From Candidatus Calditenuaceae archaeon HR02 (GTDB lineage: Archaea > Thermoproteota > Nitrososphaeria_A > Caldarchaeales > Calditenuaceae), in NCBI GenBank assembly GCA_002898395.1, contig BEHE01000001.1, positions 64,001 through 128,000 of the forward strand: 64,000 nt of DNA, written 5' to 3'. The notes under the pieces are model-generated. The model was not told the origin of the DNA and did no database searches. It saw only the letters and a list, made by a program, of their open reading frames with translations. Position numbers and translations under genes: made by a program. This document shows positions 59,076 to 64,000 of this stretch, piece after piece. The stretch's first letter is position 1; each line of letters begins with the position of its first letter.

Positions 59076-60215
59076 GTGGTTAGAGATATAGGCGTGGGTA
59101 TGCTGGGCTACGCCTTCATGGGCAAGGCGCACAGTAATGCGTTTATCAAGATGCCGAGGATGATGCAGCAGGTCCCCGCCATCCCGAAGCTCGTAGCCAT
59201 CTATGGGCGGACAGAGTCGCAGGTGAAGGCAGCGGCTGAGCGTTTCGGATACGCGCGATACTACACCGACTGGCGCAAGGTTATACAGGACGCTGAAGTC
59301 GAACTCGTAGACAACGGTCTGCCAAACAATTTGCATAAAGACCCATGCATTGAGGCGGCTGAGCGGGGTAAGCACATCCTTTGCGAAAAGCCACTGGCTA
59401 TGAATGCGAAAGAGGCGGAGGAGATGTATAGGGCGGTGGAGAAGGCGGGCGTCAAACATATGGTGGCGTTCAACTATAGGTTCGTCCCCGCAATAGTGCT
59501 GGCTAAACAACTAATCGAAAGGGGGGTGATAGGAAGAGTACTCCAGTTTAGGGGAGCGTATCTTCAGGACTGGATCATGGACCCGTCCTTCCCCCTTGTC
59601 TGGAGGCTTAGGCGGGAGGTGGCTGGCAGCGGCGCACTAGGCGACCTAGGCTCCCACGTGTTTGACCTGGCCCGCTACTTGGTGGGTGAGATTGAGGCGG
59701 TGATGGGTATGGCTAAGACCTTCATAGAGGAGAGACCGCTTCCCGAGAACCCCTCGCAAAGAGGCAGGGTTACTGTTGATGACGCATTCATATCTCTCGT
59801 CAAGTTCAAGAATGGCGCTATAGGCTCTGTAGAGGCGACTCGGTTCGGGGCGGGCTGCAAGAACCTCCTAAGGGTGGAGATCCACGGCTCTGAGGGAACG
59901 CTCGTATTCAACTTGGAGAGGCTTAACGAGCTTGAGTTATTTGAGAGGCGGGGTGATGCTGAGACGCAGGGGTATAGAAGGATACTTGTTACGGAGCAGG
60001 CCCATCCCTACATCGCTAACTGGTGGCCACCAGGACACATAATCGGCTGGGAGCACACCTTCGTCCACGAGATACACCACTTCATAGACTGCATAGTGAA
60101 TGACAAGCCGGTCGCACCGATGGGAGCCACATTCCTCGATGGTCTCAGGAACAACCAGATACTCGACGCCGTCCTAAGATCTGCGGAGACTGGGCGCTGG
60201 GAGCAGATACCATAA
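59076..60215 (+). CDS. Gfo/Idh/MocA oxidoreductase, levoglucosan-dehydrogenase-like
   Basis: GYAFMGKAHS, CEKPLA, FNYRFVPA, YLQDW, WRL..AGSGALGDLGSH, WWPPGH. Confidence 0.88.
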   Translation: MVRDIGVGMLGYAFMGKAHSNAFIKMPRMMQQVPAIPKLVAIYGRTESQVKAAAERFGYARYYTDWRKVIQDAEVELVDNGLPNNLHKDPCIEAAERGKHILCEKPLAMNAKEAEEMYRAVEKAGVKHMVAFNYRFVPAIVLAKQLIERGVIGRVLQFRGAYLQDWIMDPSFPLVWRLRREVAGSGALGDLGSHVFDLARYLVGEIEAVMGMAKTFIEERPLPENPSQRGRVTVDDAFISLVKFKNGAIGSVEATRFGAGCKNLLRVEIHGSEGTLVFNLERLNELELFERRGDAETQGYRRILVTEQAHPYIANWWPPGHIIGWEHTFVHEIHHFIDCIVNDKPVAPMGATFLDGLRNNQILDAVLRSAETGRWEQIP

Positions 60216-60234
60216 AGCACCTAGACCAGGTCAC

Positions 60235-60942
60235 CTATAGTCTGTCCTGATAGGATAGTCCTAGCACGCTCCTAAGGAGCTGCTGGCTCTCCGCTAGCCT
60301 GTCGCGCATAATAATTCCCGCAATTTCTCCATCCATCATAAGCGCGATCCTGTCTGCCAGCTGAAAGACTAGGGCTGGGTTCTGTTCAGCAATTATTGCC
60401 GATGCACCACGACCGGTGAACCTCTTAACAACCTCCACTATCCGCCGGACCATAGGAGGGGCTAGTCCTGTGGCAGGCTCGTCCATCACGAAGAGCTTGG
60501 GCCTCGAAGCCAAGGCCCTCGCAACCGCAAGTATCTGCTGCTCACCGCCACTGAGCTCGCCCCCCCTCCTATACCTGAGGGGCTCGAGCTCGGGGAATAG
60601 CCTGAACGCCTCCCTCAAGATCTCTCCGTTTAGCCCTTCCGCCAACCTTAGATTCTCCTCGACAGTCAGCCTCGTGAATATGCTTCTGTCTTGGGGGACA
60701 TATCCAACTCCTAGACGCGATATCGCGTGAGGGGGCCAGCCAGTAACATCTAAACCATCTATTACTATCCTTCCACTCACAGGCCTTATATGTCCTACGA
60801 CCGTCTTCAGCAGTGTAGTCTTACCCACCCCATTTCTACCCACTACAAACAGCACCTCACCCTTCTCAACCTTAAGGGAGACGCCCCTCACAATCTCGAT
60901 TCCAGAGTAGCCGGACACCAGCCTGCTTATCTCCAGCATCAA
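60235..60942 (-). CDS. Branched-chain amino acid ABC ATPase (LivF-like)
   Basis: GRNGVGKTT, LSGGEQQ, DEPATGLAP. Confidence 0.9.
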   Translation of the reverse strand: MMLEISRLVSGYSGIEIVRGVSLKVEKGEVLFVVGRNGVGKTTLLKTVVGHIRPVSGRIVIDGLDVTGWPPHAISRLGVGYVPQDRSIFTRLTVEENLRLAEGLNGEILREAFRLFPELEPLRYRRGGELSGGEQQILAVARALASRPKLFVMDEPATGLAPPMVRRIVEVVKRFTGRGASAIIAEQNPALVFQLADRIALMMDGEIAGIIMRDRLAESQQLLRSVLGLSYQDRL

Positions 60943-61655
60943 GCCCCTCCTCTCAGATACACCTCTTCGATCTTCTCCGCGACCCAGCTGTCCCTAGGGC
61001 TGCCCAGCGCCAAAATCCTCCCGCGATGCATGACAGCGATCCTCGGAGATAGTGAGGCCACGAAGTCGACTCTATGGTCGATGACGATTATCGAAATCTT
61101 CTCTCCCAGGCTTTTAAGAGCCTCCGTAAGGGTGTTCACCTCTAGGCCGGTTAGGCCTTGGGTAGGCTCATCCATCACCAGCAGTCGCGGCTGGGAAAGG
61201 AGGGCCATACTTATCTCCACTAGTCTAATCTGGCCATGTGAGAGCTGGGAGGGCTTGAGCTGCAAAACGGGCTGCAGGCCCAGCAACTCCGCCGTCTCTA
61301 AGATCTGCCGCCTCGGGTCCGTGTCTGCTCTGTGGAGCACAGCCAGTTCTAGGTTCTCGTAGACTGTGAGGGAGGGGAAGGCCCGCGGTATCTGGTGGGT
61401 GTTGGCTATTCCTAGGCGGGCCCTCTTCCTCATCGGAAGGCCGGTTATCTCTCTTCCTAGGAAGAATATTCTGCCGCTGTCTGGCCTGAGGGAGCCTACA
61501 ATGACCCCGGCTAATGTGGACTTGCCCGCGCCGTTTGGGCCAATTACACCAAGTATCCCCGTATCACTTAATTCTAGGGAGACCTCTGCAAGGGCTTGGA
61601 CACCATCAAAGGACTTTGAGACGCTTTGGAGTGAGAGGAGAGGTCTAGGCTGCAC
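60939..61655 (-). CDS. Branched-chain amino acid ABC ATPase (LivG-like)
   Basis: GPNGAGKST, LSHGQ, DEPTQGL, EVYL. Confidence 0.9.
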   Translation of the reverse strand: MQPRPLLSLQSVSKSFDGVQALAEVSLELSDTGILGVIGPNGAGKSTLAGVIVGSLRPDSGRIFFLGREITGLPMRKRARLGIANTHQIPRAFPSLTVYENLELAVLHRADTDPRRQILETAELLGLQPVLQLKPSQLSHGQIRLVEISMALLSQPRLLVMDEPTQGLTGLEVNTLTEALKSLGEKISIIVIDHRVDFVASLSPRIAVMHRGRILALGSPRDSWVAEKIEEVYLRGGA

Positions 61656-62604
61656 GACTCCTCCACCTCGCCATTAGCTGGTAGGCCCACCGAAGCCTGC
61701 CAGTCGCGAGGGCGAAGGCTACGAGACCAGCCCCCACAACCAGCACATGCCCCCTCAGGAGAGCCCGCGCAGCATCTGCCAACAAGTTCACCAAGAGACA
61801 TCCGAGAAACGGTCCAAACTCCACGTAGGGGCCGCCCACAAGAACCCAGAGGACGGGCTCCACCGAGTTAAGGACCCCCGCATACCCAGCCCCCACGTAG
61901 CCGTAGAGAAGAGCTATCAGGGAGCCGGAAGCCCCGGACAAGGCGCCAGAGATCGAGAAGGCTAGTAGTTTGAGGAGTGAGGTGTTGTAGCCCAGGCTCT
62001 CAAGCTTCTCCTCATCATCTCTAACAGCTAGCAGCAAGCGTCCTAGACGCGAGGAGGTGAGGAGAGTTATGCCGACCACCGCGACAGTTAATGCGAGTAG
62101 TGAGGCTACATACCGGGCATCCAGCTCAGAGAGTAGGGGTTTGAGGGCTCTTACGATGGTGGCCTCGCCTCTCAGGACCAGCCCCTGCTCACCACCGGTT
62201 ATATCGTTAAAGTGCAGTGCTGCCAGGTATAGTGTCTGCGAAGCGAGCAGGGTTCCTATCATCAGGTAGTGCCCCCCGACACGCATAGCGAGTACCCCCA
62301 AAAGCATAGAGAGCAGCACCGAAGATGCGACACCAACAGACAGTGCTGGGAAGGGGTCTGGCGAGACGTAAAAGGCGTAGAAACCCGCGCCATACATACC
62401 GGCTGCGAAGAGAGCCGCGTGTCCCAGACTCATAACACCGATCATCTGGAAGCACACTGCATAGCCGTAGGAATATATGGACAGTATCAGGACACGGGAC
62501 ATGAGGGCTTTTTGATAATCTGGAAGGGCCGGGTAGGCCGCAGCTAGGATAACCGGTATTATGAGCGCTGCTATATTGGTGGGGCGCGGTCTCAATACCT
62601 CCAC
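61645..62604 (-). CDS. Branched-chain amino acid ABC permease (LivM-like)
   Basis: SLGHAALF, TGGEQG, AVRDDE...LG. Confidence 0.88.
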   Translation of the reverse strand: MEVLRPRPTNIAALIIPVILAAAYPALPDYQKALMSRVLILSIYSYGYAVCFQMIGVMSLGHAALFAAGMYGAGFYAFYVSPDPFPALSVGVASSVLLSMLLGVLAMRVGGHYLMIGTLLASQTLYLAALHFNDITGGEQGLVLRGEATIVRALKPLLSELDARYVASLLALTVAVVGITLLTSSRLGRLLLAVRDDEEKLESLGYNTSLLKLLAFSISGALSGASGSLIALLYGYVGAGYAGVLNSVEPVLWVLVGGPYVEFGPFLGCLLVNLLADAARALLRGHVLVVGAGLVAFALATGRLRWAYQLMARWRSRAA

Positions 62605-63461
62605 ACCCCCTTAACAGAGCCCAGCCTCCTAGCCACGATGTATATCAGGGCCAGAGTTAGGGTCAGGACCCTTGCTACTGTAGGTGCGAGGAATAGGGCG
62701 GCTAGGCTCTCAAGCAGGCCCAGCGCAACACCTGCCGCAATTGTCCCACCGATCCTCCCCACACCCCCTAAAACCACTACCACGAACGACATGGCTAGGG
62801 CGTCAAACCCCATGAGGAAGTGTATCTGCCTGAAGGGGGAGGTTAGAGCACCGGCTAACCCCACTAGCGAGCCGGCCAGGACGAAACCGATCATAAACAC
62901 TCTGCTAGTGTTTATTCCTAGGGACTCCGCCATCAGCCTATTCTCTTGAGCAGCCCTCAGGAGCGGCCCAATCCTGCTCCGCTCAACACCAATCCAGACT
63001 AGAAGAGAGGCTGCTAGCGAGATCATCCCTGCCAAGAGCTTGAAGCCCGAGTAACTGAAGCCTGAGAACTCGATGATGGGGTTGAAAGGGGGTGGAATAG
63101 AGCGCGGCGCAGGCCCCAAGACGGCCAAGCCCACCTGCTGCATAATGAGGAGGAGCCCAAAAGTTGCTAGGACCGTTTGACCAGGCTCATGCTCAAACCT
63201 CTGGAGGATGAGCATGTTTATAACCACAGCTAACCCTCCAACGAGAAGAGGCGCGACGACTAGGGCGGACGCATAGGGGAGAGCAGCCTGTACTAGGAGC
63301 CAACTTATCATTGCGCCGAACATGTATAGCTCGCCGTGTGTCAGGTTCACGACATTCATTATGCCGAATACTATAGCGAGTCCTAGGGCTATGAATGCTA
63401 TAACTGAGCCGTTGACTAGTCCGTCGACTACCGCCAGCCCCAGATTCTCTGAGGGGAACAA
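62592..63461 (-). CDS. Branched-chain amino acid ABC permease (LivH-like)
   Basis: GLAIVFGIMNVVNLTHGE, RAAQEN...LGIN, VVVLGG. Confidence 0.9.
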   Translation of the reverse strand: MFPSENLGLAVVDGLVNGSVIAFIALGLAIVFGIMNVVNLTHGELYMFGAMISWLLVQAALPYASALVVAPLLVGGLAVVINMLILQRFEHEPGQTVLATFGLLLIMQQVGLAVLGPAPRSIPPPFNPIIEFSGFSYSGFKLLAGMISLAASLLVWIGVERSRIGPLLRAAQENRLMAESLGINTSRVFMIGFVLAGSLVGLAGALTSPFRQIHFLMGFDALAMSFVVVVLGGVGRIGGTIAAGVALGLLESLAALFLAPTVARVLTLTLALIYIVARRLGSVKGVWRY

Positions 63462-63463
63462 TT

Positions 63464-64000
63464 CTAGAACAATGGCTGCTTAGTATAATCGTTCGGATGC
63501 TCGTATACTGAGTCCTCTATCTCAGTCCTATGGACAACCACTAATCTGCCATTCTTAACAAGTGATATGAATTGGTGCCCAAAGGATTGGTGTAGCCTAC
63601 CGTTGAAGAGCTTGTCTCCTTGGGGGTGCCAGAGACCCTCGTTGAACCAGTCCATTGACTCGAGAGTCTTGATGAACACCTCATAGTCGCTACGAGTAGG
63701 CTCGCTGTAGCCGCTCTGCTCCACAACCTCCTTAATCGCGAAGAGAGTCTCCCAGACCCCGAACATGTGGCTGAAGGCGGAGACCCGGGAAGGGTCTGAC
63801 TTGTCGGCGCCACTCTCGTCAACCCCAACAGCTTCCCTATAGAACCTTGCAAAGGGGGTATCGTAGCCGTCAGCATACCGCGGGAACGCCTCCCAGAAAT
63901 AGGTCCCCTCAAGATACTCCAACCCCGGAGCTGAGAGCGGAACGGCCTCAATGCTATCTATAAACCCGAACAACTCAGGCCTCTCACGCCCAAGATAGAC
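63464..64000 (-). CDS. ABC substrate-binding protein (LivK-type), C-terminal part; continues beyond the window
   Basis: Frame open to window end; directly upstream of livH-like gene; PQGDKLFN...HQ pattern. Confidence 0.7.
   Translation of the reverse strand, partial: VYLGRERPELFGFIDSIEAVPLSAPGLEYLEGTYFWEAFPRYADGYDTPFARFYREAVGVDESGADKSDPSRVSAFSHMFGVWETLFAIKEVVEQSGYSEPTRSDYEVFIKTLESMDWFNEGLWHPQGDKLFNGRLHQSFGHQFISLVKNGRLVVVHRTEIEDSVYEHPNDYTKQPLF

Overview
Archaeal genomic window, most likely from a thermophilic TACK-group (Thermoproteota) lineage. Aigarchaeota/Caldarchaeales-like is an inference from the GC-rich, unlinked, intron-containing 16S gene, an ESCRT-III/CdvB paralog, short CtaA and archaeal r-proteins. 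1-30 kb is mostly housekeeping: RNase P Rpp30/Pop5, Tat system, MoaE, Mrp, GAPN, ApgM, S19e, S9, CoaBC, TrpEG, eIF5A, tRNA-Asn, a family-5 ABC transporter with a GH1 glycosidase, and a decayed archaellin gene. The 16S gene (30997-33390) carries two bulge-helix-bulge (BHB) introns: one encodes a LAGLIDADG endonuclease, the other contains a small Cys-rich ORF. It is followed by an AT-richer sugar-utilisation island (33.6-47.3 kb), a methyltransferase coupled to a winged-helix protein, and lactate-utilisation genes. The most interesting region is 53.1-58.0 kb. Two inverted copies of a ~210-bp MITE flank a 4-spacer CRISPR array and a broken csx1 gene. An IS110/IS1111-type element has inserted precisely into the terminal inverted repeat (TIR) of the second MITE. 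Its 3' non-coding end contains two parallel hairpin modules whose adjacent 7-mers match the target (GATAGTG) and the donor end (ATAGGTG), as expected for an archaeal bridge/seek RNA that targets another mobile element. All calls come from reading the sequence; no database searches were run.
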